Below, one piece after another: positions 26,005 to 35,362 of a stretch of DNA of 53,442 nt (positions are counted from its first letter, which is position 1; every line of letters begins with the position of its first letter). This stretch comes from Candidatus Falkowbacteria bacterium CG1_02_37_21. GTDB lineage: Bacteria > Patescibacteriota > Patescibacteriia > Patescibacteriales > UBA12465. A program made the position numbers and the translations under genes. The notes beneath the pieces are model-generated. The model saw nothing but the letters and a program-made list of their open reading frames with translations. It did not search any database and had not been told where the DNA came from. The stretch is from NCBI GenBank assembly GCA_001871165.1, contig MNUT01000017.1:1-53442 (forward strand), given 5' to 3'.

Positions 26005-27747
26005 ATGGTTAGCCCAAATTTAACTAAAAGAGCTGGGGAGATTAATCCTGTTGAGCTTAATGATGACGCGAAAAAATTGTTTCAAGTTATCCATAGCGAA
26101 AAGCTTAAGTCAGACGTCAGAGATGAAGATGTTCCATATTTGCGAGTTTCAACATTGATTTCTCGTTTAGCTTTTGTTTATGAAAAAGTTCGTAATGCCA
26201 TAGATTACGATGAAGATCATTTATTACGTAAAAATGCTATTTTGCGTATTTTACGTCGGCAGGTTGTTATTGAAAGCGTAATTAGAGAGGCTGACAGTAG
26301 CGGTATTGCCTCGCATCTTTTAACTGAATTAATTCGTGGCGGTTATCTACCTAATAATGCTTTGCCGGAAAGTTTGGTGGGGGAAGTGGCAGTTCGCTTG
26401 GAAAAGTATATTTATTTAAAGAATCAAATTGCCTCCGCTATTAATGCCGATTTAGGATTAAAGACTGAAGCTGATAAGGCTAAGGCCTTAGTTACCAAGA
26501 AAAATGATTTAGTCCATTGGCTCTTAACACTAGCCGCTTGTGAAATAGAGGAGCATTTGGCACCTAATCCGGTTAAACAAAGAATTGTTGACAATCTTTT
26601 TTCTATTTTATCCAAGCTTATTAAGTTACCGCCGGAGTTACCTTACTCCGAAGATCGAGAAATTCAAATATACTTAAGCATTAGCCGAACTTTCCTTAAG
26701 TTTGACTCCGACATGTTAAGTTTTATTTTGTTTAAATATTATAATGATGCTTGGTTAGATTTGAATGTTTCCGGTGATCCGACTACTAGTAACAAAATTG
26801 CCGCCGGATTGGAACAGATTAAAGAGATCGCTTCTAATTTTAATGATTTAAAAAATCAGGTTGACGATCAACTTAACCATGAGCTGACCAAGCAATTAGA
26901 TAAAATAGTTCGTGCTTATTCTTTATATTTTTCTATTTTAGCGGAAGCCCTGGAAAATGATCCTGCTAAGATTTATCGTGAGTTACAAACCGGCGATAAA
27001 AGTTTTATTGCTTTGATTCGTAAGGTTTGTAACCAAAAGTATAATAAGGCTAAACGTCGTTTGTGGCGAGCGGCGGTACGTAGTATAATTTATATTTTCT
27101 TAACTAAATCTGTTTTTGTCTTCATTGTTGAAGTGCCGGCTATTCATTGGTTAGGTGAACCGCTTAATTATTTATCTTTAGCTATTAATGCCTCTTTTCC
27201 CGCTGTCTTATTATTTCTCATAGTCATTCTGACTCGTAAGCCGAAAGAGAATAATACTGATAAAATCGTGGAGGGAATTAAGGAAATTACTTTTAAGGGT
27301 AGCGAGCGCACTAAATCAATTATGTTACGTCGCCCCAAACGACGTAATTGGTTAAAAAGTTTAATTTTTAATCTGATTTATGTAGCTGCTTTTTACGTAT
27401 CAGTTTATTATATTGTAAAAGTCCTTACCGCCATTGATTTTACCTGGGTCAGTATTATTATTTTCCTGTTCTTTTTGGCTTTTGTCAGTTTCTTCAGCAT
27501 TCTTACTACCCGTGGTGTTAAGGATTTGATAGTGGTGGAAAAGAAAGAAAATATTGTGACCTTCTTCCTAGACTTATTTTATATGCCTATTATTATGGCC
27601 GGTCGCTGGTTGTCCACTAACTTTTCTAAAATTAATGTCTTTATTTTCTTTTTTGACTTTATTGTTGAAGCACCCTTCAAGGTGTTAGTGGAAGTGGCGG
27701 AAGATTGGACTAAATACGTTAAAGAACGTCGGGAAAACCTGGAATAA
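26005..27747 (+). CDS. Hypothetical multi-pass membrane protein (helical N-terminal domain of about 360 aa, then about 6 TM segments)
   Basis: Long uninterrupted ORF. C-terminal half has hydrophobic stretches (IIYIFLTKSVFVFIV, FPAVLLFLIVILT, LIFNLIYVAAFYVSVYYIV, VSIIIFLFFLAFVSFFSIL, INVFIFFFDFIV). No catalytic motif recognised. Start uncertain: ATG 26005 versus TTG 25942. Confidence 0.6.
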   Translation: MVSPNLTKRAGEINPVELNDDAKKLFQVIHSEKLKSDVRDEDVPYLRVSTLISRLAFVYEKVRNAIDYDEDHLLRKNAILRILRRQVVIESVIREADSSGIASHLLTELIRGGYLPNNALPESLVGEVAVRLEKYIYLKNQIASAINADLGLKTEADKAKALVTKKNDLVHWLLTLAACEIEEHLAPNPVKQRIVDNLFSILSKLIKLPPELPYSEDREIQIYLSISRTFLKFDSDMLSFILFKYYNDAWLDLNVSGDPTTSNKIAAGLEQIKEIASNFNDLKNQVDDQLNHELTKQLDKIVRAYSLYFSILAEALENDPAKIYRELQTGDKSFIALIRKVCNQKYNKAKRRLWRAAVRSIIYIFLTKSVFVFIVEVPAIHWLGEPLNYLSLAINASFPAVLLFLIVILTRKPKENNTDKIVEGIKEITFKGSERTKSIMLRRPKRRNWLKSLIFNLIYVAAFYVSVYYIVKVLTAIDFTWVSIIIFLFFLAFVSFFSILTTRGVKDLIVVEKKENIVTFFLDLFYMPIIMAGRWLSTNFSKINVFIFFFDFIVEAPFKVLVEVAEDWTKYVKERRENLE

Positions 27748-27761
27748 GATTCTAATTGTTT

Positions 27762-28460
27762 ATGAGTGTTTTATATATTGTCGCGACGCCAATTGGTAAT
27801 TTAGAAGATATTACGAAGCGAGCACTCAGAATTCTAGAGGAGGTAGATTTTGTTTTGTGCGAAGACACTAGGGTGACCAGAAAATTGTTGAATAATTATG
27901 AAATTAAAACGGCGACCATCTCTTATCATCAGCATTCCGGTGCCCCGAAAGTAGATAAAATTTTAGAATTTCTTAAAGCGGGAAAAAATTTAGCCTTAGT
28001 GACTGACGCCGGTACGCCGGGTATTTCTGATCCGGGGGCTTTTTTGCTAACGGCCATTAGACAGCAACTAGCGGATGAGGATATTTCAATAGTTAGTGTA
28101 CCGGGTGCCTCTGCTTTAACCTCAGCCTTATCACTAGCGGGAATTGGTTTTGATCGTTTTTTATTTTTAGGTTTTTTACCCCATAAAAAAGGGAGACAAG
28201 GCGTTTTAAAAGAAATTTTTGCCAGTGAGCATCCGGTGGCTATTTATGAATCAAAACATCGCATTGTTAAATTGTTGGAGGAATTAACAAAAATGAGCGG
28301 AGAACTGTCATTACCGCTAGAGGTTAGCGTGGCACGCGAATTAACCAAAATGTATGAGAGTTTTTATCGCGGTGCTCCGGAAGAAATTTTGGAACAATTG
28401 CAAAGTGACGCCAATAATTTGAAAGGTGAATTTGTGGTTTTAATTAGAAAAATAAATTGA
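27762..28460 (+). CDS. rsmI: 16S rRNA (cytidine1402-2'-O)-methyltransferase RsmI
   Basis: LYIVATPIGNLEDIT, CEDTR and DAGTPGISDPG motifs of the tetrapyrrole-methylase-fold RsmI family. I set the start at ATG 27762. Confidence 0.88.
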   Translation: MSVLYIVATPIGNLEDITKRALRILEEVDFVLCEDTRVTRKLLNNYEIKTATISYHQHSGAPKVDKILEFLKAGKNLALVTDAGTPGISDPGAFLLTAIRQQLADEDISIVSVPGASALTSALSLAGIGFDRFLFLGFLPHKKGRQGVLKEIFASEHPVAIYESKHRIVKLLEELTKMSGELSLPLEVSVARELTKMYESFYRGAPEEILEQLQSDANNLKGEFVVLIRKIN

Positions 28461-28467
28461 GATAATT

Positions 28468-29916
28468 ATGACAAGGGGAAATAAAGATTTTTATATTACC
28501 ACCACTTTACCTTATATTAACTCCGAACCGCATATTGGTTTTGCGGCGGAGATTATTAAGGCCGATGTTATCGCTCGTTATAAACGTCAGCGAGGTCTTG
28601 AAGTATTTTTTAATACTGGTACGGATGAACATGGTTTGAAAATTTATCAAAAAGCGCAGGAAAATGGCCTAGCTGTTCAAGAGTTTTGTGACCAATATTC
28701 GGCTAAATTCCGTCCCCTGAAAGAAAAATTAAATTTATCTTATGATCATTTTATAAGAACGACCGACCCTGATCATGAAGCCGCCGCGCAAGAGTTTTGG
28801 CGTCGCTGCGAAGAGGCGGGAGATATTTATAAAAAGTTATATAAGGTGCGATATTGTGTTGGTTGTGAATTAGAAAAAACTGATTCTGACTTAGTGAACG
28901 ATCATTGTCCCTTACATCCCGATAGGGAACTAGAAATAATTGAAGAAGAGAATTATTTTTTTCGCTTTTCTAAATATCAAGAACGATTACTCCAACTTTA
29001 TAAGGAAAATCCAAATTTTGTTTTACCGTCTGGCCGTCAAACGGAAATTTATAATTTTGTGGAAGCGGGACTGCAAGATTTCAGTATTTCTCGTTTAAAG
29101 TCCAAGATGCCACATGGCGTTGCTGTTCCCGGTGATGATAGTCAGGTAATGTATGTCTGGTTTGATGCTTTGGTAAACTATATTTCCACTTTAGCTTGGC
29201 CTAAAGATTTAAATAATTTTAATAAGTATTGGCCGGGTTTACAGGTTTGCGGTAAAGATAATTTACGACCGCAAGCGGCGATGTGGCAGGCGATGTTAAT
29301 GTCAGCGGGTTTGCCTAATTCTTTGCAGATATTAGTTTTTGGGTTTTTGACTGTAAATGGCGAGAAAATTAGTAAAAGTTCGGGTAATACGGTAGATCCT
29401 TATGAACTGGCGGATAAATATGGTTCTGATGCTGTCCGTTATTATATTTTAGCGGAGATACCACCATTTGCCGACGGTGACTATTCGGAAGCAAAGTTTA
29501 GAGAACGTTTTAATGCTGACCTGGCTAATGGTTTGGGTAATTTAGTGGCTAGAGTCTCTAATCTTTTAGAGCAAAATGCCATTTTGACTGAACTGAAAAT
29601 TAATTTGGAAGACGAGGGAATTAAGACTACTCAAGAGGAGTTTAATCTTAAGATGAGCGCTTATCATTTTAATGAAGCTTTGCAGGTTTTGTGGGATAAG
29701 GTGAGAGAGAGTGATGAAATTTTAACTAAAGCCGCACCCTGGAAAATGGATAAGGTGGTTGATAAAGCTCAAGTTTTACAACCTTTAGCACAAACTCTAG
29801 TTAATTTGGCTTATTTATTAGAACCATTTCTACCGCTAGCATCTCAAAAAATACAACAACAATTTTTAAGCCCTCAGATAAAGAAAGGAGACAATCTGTT
29901 TCCGCGTGTGTTATAA
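28468..29916 (+). CDS. metG: Methionyl-tRNA synthetase (short form)
   Basis: HIGH-region PHIGFA, Zn knuckle CVGCE...CPLHP, KMSKS-region KISKSSGN, WFDALVNY. Confidence 0.9.
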   Translation: MTRGNKDFYITTTLPYINSEPHIGFAAEIIKADVIARYKRQRGLEVFFNTGTDEHGLKIYQKAQENGLAVQEFCDQYSAKFRPLKEKLNLSYDHFIRTTDPDHEAAAQEFWRRCEEAGDIYKKLYKVRYCVGCELEKTDSDLVNDHCPLHPDRELEIIEEENYFFRFSKYQERLLQLYKENPNFVLPSGRQTEIYNFVEAGLQDFSISRLKSKMPHGVAVPGDDSQVMYVWFDALVNYISTLAWPKDLNNFNKYWPGLQVCGKDNLRPQAAMWQAMLMSAGLPNSLQILVFGFLTVNGEKISKSSGNTVDPYELADKYGSDAVRYYILAEIPPFADGDYSEAKFRERFNADLANGLGNLVARVSNLLEQNAILTELKINLEDEGIKTTQEEFNLKMSAYHFNEALQVLWDKVRESDEILTKAAPWKMDKVVDKAQVLQPLAQTLVNLAYLLEPFLPLASQKIQQQFLSPQIKKGDNLFPRVL

Positions 29917-29924
29917 TATAATAT

Positions 29925-30440
29925 ATGTCAATTTTTGATATCAGTTTATTAATTATTCTTGGTGGTTTCGTTTTAAGCGGACTTTTTAAGGGAATAATTC
30001 GGATGGTAGGGCAACTGGCTGGATTAGTGGTTGGCGCTTATGTGGCTAGCCATTATTATTTATTTGTTTTTGACTGGTTTAAGTCTTGGGCGGTTGGTCA
30101 CGAGGGTATTGCTAAGGTCTTAGCTTTTATTATTGTGTTTGTGTTGATTGCTAAGTTAACTGACTTAGCTTTTGTCCTGTTTGAAAAAGCTTTCAAGATT
30201 ATCGCTATTATTCCCGGCAGCAGATATCTTAATAATTTACTGGGAGCAGCGCTGGGATTTTTAGAAGGAGCGTTAATTTTAGGCTTATTTATTTACGTTG
30301 CTTCTCGCTATGTTCTAATTGGAAATTTTTTTGGCGAACAATTAACCGCCTCTTTGATTGCTCCACTTCTTTTGGATGTCGCTACTTTAGTTCAACCCCT
30401 GTTACCGGAAGCTCTAAAAGCTTTACAGTCAATTATTTAG
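29925..30440 (+). CDS. cvpA: CvpA family membrane protein
   Basis: Four hydrophobic helices with the CvpA-like N-terminus IFDISLLIILGGFVLSGLFKGIIR. Confidence 0.7.
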   Translation: MSIFDISLLIILGGFVLSGLFKGIIRMVGQLAGLVVGAYVASHYYLFVFDWFKSWAVGHEGIAKVLAFIIVFVLIAKLTDLAFVLFEKAFKIIAIIPGSRYLNNLLGAALGFLEGALILGLFIYVASRYVLIGNFFGEQLTASLIAPLLLDVATLVQPLLPEALKALQSII

Positions 30441-30450
30441 TTTTTATATC

Positions 30451-31059
30451 ATGGAATATCATAGCTTAAAATCTCCAACGGCCGTTAAGGCCGTTGTTAA
30501 GTTAGCGGTAAAAACTTTGCTATCTGATGGCATAGTAGTTTTACCGACGGATACAGTTTATGGCTTAAGTGCGCGTGTGACGAGCCAAAAAGCTATTAAA
30601 CGTATTCAAGCTTTGAAAAAAAGAACAGTCAAAAAACCTTTTTTAATTTTAGTATCTAGTTTAAGCATGTTGAAAAAATATGTTTTTTTGTCTAGACCAC
30701 AATTAGCTTTAATAAAAAAATATTGGCAAAGCGGTCAGCGTCCCACTACGATAATTTTACGCCATCGCGGTCTTTTGCCGGCTTCTTTAAACGCTAATAG
30801 TGATGGTCTGGCTTTACGGTTGCCTAAAAGTCAATTTTTAATTAAAATAATAAAGACTATTAAAGAACCTCTCATTTCCACTAGTCTTAATATCAGCGGA
30901 GAAGAGCCTATAAAAAATTTAAAAGATGTAGCGCGATTTTGGCCTGATAAAGATAGGCAACCGGATTTAATAATTGATGCCGGTCTTAATTTAGGGGACA
31001 AGCCTTCACAATTGATTGACTTGCGAATACCAGGCTCAGTCATAGTTTTAAGAAAATAA
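30451..31059 (+). CDS. tsaC: L-threonylcarbamoyladenylate synthase (YrdC/TsaC/Sua5 domain)
   Basis: VLPTDTVYGLSA, KKRTVKKPF and ISTSLNISGEEP motifs. Confidence 0.85.
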   Translation: MEYHSLKSPTAVKAVVKLAVKTLLSDGIVVLPTDTVYGLSARVTSQKAIKRIQALKKRTVKKPFLILVSSLSMLKKYVFLSRPQLALIKKYWQSGQRPTTIILRHRGLLPASLNANSDGLALRLPKSQFLIKIIKTIKEPLISTSLNISGEEPIKNLKDVARFWPDKDRQPDLIIDAGLNLGDKPSQLIDLRIPGSVIVLRK

Positions 31060-31099
31060 TTTTTTAGAAAGCAAGTTTAATATAGATTTATAATATTGT

Positions 31100-32338
31100 A
31101 TGATTTTAGCTAAAAATATTTTAAAAAAAGTTAGCTTAGGAATTTTGTCTTTGTTATTATTAGGTGGAATTTTTGGCGGCGGTTTTTATTTTGGACAAAA
31201 AAATAATGCTTTACTCTCTGCCTTTAACAGACCTTTAGCTTATTCGGAAGATGCCGCAGTAGCCACGGGAGAAACCGGCAGCAATCTTGACTTTAATCTA
31301 TATTGGCAGGTTTGGGACACTTTAAAAAGTAATTACGTCGATAAGAATAAAATTGATGATCAGTCTTTATTCTACGGCTCTTTGAAAGGCCTAGCAGAGG
31401 CTACCGGTGACCCTTATACGATTTTTATGGATCCTAGCGAAGCTAAAGAGTTTTCTGATGATTTAGCCGGCACTTTTGAAGGTATTGGCGCGGAGGTCGG
31501 TATTCGTAATGAAATGATTACGGTTGTTGCCCCCTTAGACGGTATGCCGGCACAAAAGGCGGGTTTACGAGCGGGAGACAAAATTTATGCTGTAGACGGC
31601 ACTCCCACTATTGGCTTGAGCTTAAACGCCGTCGTTAAAAAAATACGCGGTCCAAAAGATAGCGTAGTGGTTTTAACAATTATTCGCGATGAGGAAAAAC
31701 CCAGAGAAATAGAAATTACCCGTTCGGTCATTATTGTAAAAAGTGTTAAGACGGAATTGCGTAGTGATGGTATTTTTATTATTAAAGTTACCAATTTTAA
31801 TGATGACACTGAAGGGCTTTTTGAGAAGGCTATTAATACTGCTTTAACTAAAAATCCGAAGGGAATTATTCTTGATTTACGTAATAATCCTGGTGGTTAT
31901 CTAGAGACGGCGGTTAATATGGCCAGTGAATGGGTGAAAGAAGGTCCGGTTGTGGCCGAACAATTTGGTGGTAATAAACGACAAGAATATTTTTCTAACG
32001 GTAATGCTCGCTTACAAAATTTCCCCACTATGGTCTTAGTTAATGGCGGTAGCGCTTCTGCTTCAGAAATTTTAGCCGGTGCCTTGCGAGATTATAAGAA
32101 AGGGACTTTAATTGGAGAAATTACTTATGGTAAGGGTTCGGTGCAGACTTTACGAAATTTGGATGGTGGAGCTAGCTTAAAGATCACTGTAGCCAAATGG
32201 TTGACTCCGGCCGGTGACTTTATTAATGAAAAAGGTTTAGAACCTGATATTGAAATTAAAATGACCTCAGATGATATTGATAATGATTTAGACCCACAAA
32301 TGAAAAAAGCTTTGGAATTATTAAAAGCACAGAAATAA
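31100..32338 (+). CDS. S41 family C-terminal processing peptidase with PDZ domain
   Basis: PDZ PAQKAGLRAGDKI, GIILDLRNNPGGYL, catalytic GGSASASEILAGAL, and YGKGSVQ. Confidence 0.9.
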   Translation: MILAKNILKKVSLGILSLLLLGGIFGGGFYFGQKNNALLSAFNRPLAYSEDAAVATGETGSNLDFNLYWQVWDTLKSNYVDKNKIDDQSLFYGSLKGLAEATGDPYTIFMDPSEAKEFSDDLAGTFEGIGAEVGIRNEMITVVAPLDGMPAQKAGLRAGDKIYAVDGTPTIGLSLNAVVKKIRGPKDSVVVLTIIRDEEKPREIEITRSVIIVKSVKTELRSDGIFIIKVTNFNDDTEGLFEKAINTALTKNPKGIILDLRNNPGGYLETAVNMASEWVKEGPVVAEQFGGNKRQEYFSNGNARLQNFPTMVLVNGGSASASEILAGALRDYKKGTLIGEITYGKGSVQTLRNLDGGASLKITVAKWLTPAGDFINEKGLEPDIEIKMTSDDIDNDLDPQMKKALELLKAQK

Positions 32339-32363
32339 AAAATTTATAAATAAAATATAAATT

Positions 32364-34040
32364 ATGGCCCGTACTAAAATAACGAAAGAAAAAAAGAAAA
32401 ATGCAGCTTCCATTAAATATATCTTCGTGGTAGGCGGAGTGATGTCCGGCGTCGGTAAAGGTGTAACTACGGCGTCAATCGGACAAATTCTGCAAGCACG
32501 CGGTTATAATGTCAGCGCCATAAAAATGGATCCTTATATTAACGTTGATGCCGGCACTATGAATCCCATAGAGCACGGGGAGGTTTTTGTCACGGAAGAT
32601 GCCGATGAAACTGATCAGGATATTGGTAACTATGAAAGATTCTTAAACAAAAATATTTATAGAGAGAACTACATGACGACCGGTCGTGTTTATCAGACCG
32701 TTATTAATCGGGAACGTAATCTCGGCTATAAAGGTAAATGCGTTCAGGTGGTACCTCATATTCCTCAAGAAATTAGAGATAGGATTGAAGGAGCGGTCTC
32801 TAAAACTGGCGCGGAAATAATGATTATTGAAGTGGGCGGTACGGTGGGTGAATATGAAAATTTGTTGTTTTTAGAAGCGGCGAGGGTCATGAAATTGTAT
32901 AATCCTAAAGATGTTTTGTTTGTGATGGTTTCTTATCTGCCTATTCCTAGCATAATCGGAGAAATGAAGACTAAACCAACTCAGCATGCCGTGCGTAATC
33001 TCCAGAGCGCCGGTATTCAACCGGATTTTCTCATTGCTCGCAGCGAACGACCGGTAGATCAGGCTCGTAAAGAAAAGTTGTCTATTAATTGTAATATTCC
33101 CGCAGAAAATGTTATTTCCGCTCCTGACGCTGACTCTATTTATGATATTCCTCTCAATTTTGAAAAAGATCATTTAAGTTCCCGTATTTTGGAAAAATTT
33201 GGCCTACCTTTACGTCGCAGAAGTGATAATGGTGCTTGGAGAAAAATGGTTGCGGCCAGCAAGACAAAAAAACCGATTATCAATATTGGTATTGTCGGTA
33301 AATACTTTGCTAGTGGTGATTTTTCTTTTGGTGATTCCTATATTTCAGTAATTGAAGCCATTAAACACGCTACTGCTACTGTAAAGTGTAAGGCTAAAAT
33401 TCACTGGTTGAGCGCGGAAGATGTTGAAAAACGGGGAACTGTAGTTTTGAAAAATATGGATGGCATTATTGTCCCGCAAGGTTGGGGTGAACGTGGCGCG
33501 GAAGGAAAGATTAAAACTATTAAATACTGTCGGGAAAATAAGGTGCCTTACTTCGGTTTATGTTATGGCATGCAAATGGCTGCAATTGAATTTGCTCGTA
33601 ATGTCGCCGGCCTGAAAGACGCTAATTCCGCGGAAGTTGACCCTAAAACCACTAATCCGGTAATTCATATTATGCCGGGACAAGCGCAACTTATTAAAGA
33701 AAAGGGTTACGGGGGAACGATTCGTTTGGGTGGCTGGCCTTGTCGTATTACGCCTCAGACTCATTTAGCCAAGGCTTACGAAAAATTTACATCTAAGAAG
33801 ACTATTTCCGAGCGTCATCGTCATCGTTATGAGTTTAATAATATTTATAGAGACAAATTTGCTGAATTAGGGTTAACTGTCGCTGGTACTTCTCCGGACG
33901 GAGAAATCGTTGAAGCGATTGAAATTACTAATCATCCATTTTTTATTGGTGTTCAATTTCATCCTGAGTATATTTCTCGTCCCTTAGCCCCTCATCCACT
34001 GTTTGTGGAATTTATTAAGGTTTGTAAAAATCTTAATTAA
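32364..34040 (+). CDS. pyrG: CTP synthase
   Basis: KYIFVVGGVMSGVGKG, DPYINVDAGTMNP, GATase GLCYGMQ and HRHRYEFN. Confidence 0.93.
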   Translation: MARTKITKEKKKNAASIKYIFVVGGVMSGVGKGVTTASIGQILQARGYNVSAIKMDPYINVDAGTMNPIEHGEVFVTEDADETDQDIGNYERFLNKNIYRENYMTTGRVYQTVINRERNLGYKGKCVQVVPHIPQEIRDRIEGAVSKTGAEIMIIEVGGTVGEYENLLFLEAARVMKLYNPKDVLFVMVSYLPIPSIIGEMKTKPTQHAVRNLQSAGIQPDFLIARSERPVDQARKEKLSINCNIPAENVISAPDADSIYDIPLNFEKDHLSSRILEKFGLPLRRRSDNGAWRKMVAASKTKKPIINIGIVGKYFASGDFSFGDSYISVIEAIKHATATVKCKAKIHWLSAEDVEKRGTVVLKNMDGIIVPQGWGERGAEGKIKTIKYCRENKVPYFGLCYGMQMAAIEFARNVAGLKDANSAEVDPKTTNPVIHIMPGQAQLIKEKGYGGTIRLGGWPCRITPQTHLAKAYEKFTSKKTISERHRHRYEFNNIYRDKFAELGLTVAGTSPDGEIVEAIEITNHPFFIGVQFHPEYISRPLAPHPLFVEFIKVCKNLN

Positions 34041-34124
34041 TATTAATACCATTATTAAAGCATAGAACTCACTTTTCACCAACTATTTTTGACCATTAAA
34101 CCTTATTTCACAATAATTAAGTAC

Positions 34125-34153
34125 TAAAAAATCCGCTCAATGCGGATTTTTTG
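34125..34153. terminator. Bidirectional terminator between pyrG and rpmA
   Basis: A6-ATCCGC-tcaat-GCGGAT-T6. The stem arms are at 34131-34136 and 34142-34147. Confidence 0.8.
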
Positions 34154-34168
34154 TTGGTATATTTAGGT

Positions 34169-34486
34169 TTATTTTTTAGTTACGGTAGCCGTTACGGGTT
34201 TAACCGCTTCCGGTAATAAAATATTTACCATTTTACAAGTTTTGAGAGAATTATCATATTTTCTCATTTTTCTGGTACTAAATTTAACGAAACCAGCCTT
34301 CATCGCAAATAAGGTATCATCTTTACCTTTCTTTACGTTTTTGCCCGGTTGATATTTTGTACCACGTTGACGGATAATAATAGAACCGATTTTAGCCCAA
34401 GAGCCATCGGAAAGTTTTACTCCTAAACGTTTACTTTCTGAGTCACGGCCTAAGGAGGTTGACCCGGCCGCTTTCTTATGTGCCAT
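34169..34486 (-). CDS. rpmA: 50S ribosomal protein L27 (with C-terminal extension)
   Basis: [24 protein letters not shown]...[15 protein letters not shown]. Confidence 0.92.
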   Translation of the reverse strand: MAHKKAAGSTSLGRDSESKRLGVKLSDGSWAKIGSIIIRQRGTKYQPGKNVKKGKDDTLFAMKAGFVKFSTRKMRKYDNSLKTCKMVNILLPEAVKPVTATVTKK

Positions 34487-34500
34487 ATTTTTTTTCTTAA

Positions 34501-34533
34501 TTTTTACTGATAAACAGTAAAAAATTACTGTTT
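34501..34533 (-). promoter_or_regulatory. Two mutually exclusive 9-bp hairpins in the rpmA 5' UTR
   Basis: Plus-strand TTTTTACTG (34501-34509) pairs with CAGTAAAAA (34515-34523). Alternatively AAACAGTAA (34512-34520) pairs with TTACTGTTT (34525-34533). The central segment is shared. Confidence 0.4.
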
Positions 34534-34553
34534 AGACTCTTTAATACCTACAT

Positions 34554-34582
34554 AATATAACAAAAGACCTAATAATTGTCAA
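34554..34582 (-). promoter_or_regulatory. Promoter of rpmA
   Basis: Minus strand reads TTGACA (34582-34577), 17 nt, TATATT (34559-34554). Confidence 0.45.
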
Positions 34583-34639
34583 ATGCCCCTTATTTATTGG
34601 TTTATTTATCTTTTTAGGGATTTTAATTTTTACAAAATA

Positions 34640-34648
34640 TGTTATAAT
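34640..34648 (+). promoter_or_regulatory. Extended -10 promoter (TGTTATAAT) for the ferredoxin operon
   Basis: TGT+TATAAT at 34640-34648, 49 nt upstream of ATG 34697. Confidence 0.35.
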
Positions 34649-34696
34649 AACATTATAGAATTTTTATTTAATTATAGGGGGAAATTATAAAAACCT

Positions 34697-34879
34697 ATGT
34701 TAAAAATTAATGCCAGTAAATGTATCGGCTGCGGTCTTTGTGTTGACCTTTGTCCTACAGTTTTTCGTTTAAATAGTTCCGGTCAGGCGGAAGTTTTTGG
34801 TAATGAGTTAAGTGGAGATAACGAAGAAGTAAAGAGCGCTGCCCAATCTTGTCCAGCCGAAGCTATCATTCTTAAATAA
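34697..34879 (+). CDS. Small single-cluster [4Fe-4S]/[3Fe-4S] ferredoxin
   Basis: CIGCGLCVDLCP near the N-terminus and a distal CPAEAI, 60 aa. Confidence 0.85.
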   Translation: MLKINASKCIGCGLCVDLCPTVFRLNSSGQAEVFGNELSGDNEEVKSAAQSCPAEAIILK

Positions 34880-34884
34880 TAAAT

Positions 34885-35361
34885 ATGCCAGTAGAAAAAA
34901 TAATTGAATCTGTTCATCCGGAAACACCAGGGTCAGCTTCTCAGGTAGAACAGTTAAAAGGAGCGGAACAAAAAATAGAAAAAATTTCCACTCATCCAGC
35001 GGAAAAATTGCGAGAAATTATTAAGCCGATTACTAAGACTTCTTCTAAGCCAACGCGTAGCTCGGCTGCCAATTCTTGGCAGGAAAAAAGAGCAGTGGTT
35101 ATAGATAATATTTTAGCAGAAGGCTTGAATGATATTTTTTTAAAAATGAATGCCAGCGAACAGAAAGCTTTTAAATTAAAAGGGGAGGAAACGGTTACTA
35201 AAATTAATGAGTTATTAAGTCATACTAAAGTAAAAGTAAATAAAATTATTGCTCTTATTAGAGATTGGTTAAAATTAATCCCCGGTATCAATAAATTTTT
35301 CTTAGAACAAGAAACCAAAATTAAGGCGGATAAAATTATAAAAATCAAAAACAAATTTTAA
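34885..35361 (+). CDS. Hypothetical Lys-rich protein (disordered N-terminal half, helical C-terminal half)
   Basis: ORF sits 5 nt after the ferredoxin stop, and its stop is 1 nt before the next ATG. No motif recognised. Confidence 0.55.
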   Translation: MPVEKIIESVHPETPGSASQVEQLKGAEQKIEKISTHPAEKLREIIKPITKTSSKPTRSSAANSWQEKRAVVIDNILAEGLNDIFLKMNASEQKAFKLKGEETVTKINELLSHTKVKVNKIIALIRDWLKLIPGINKFFLEQETKIKADKIIKIKNKF

Positions 35362-35362
35362 T

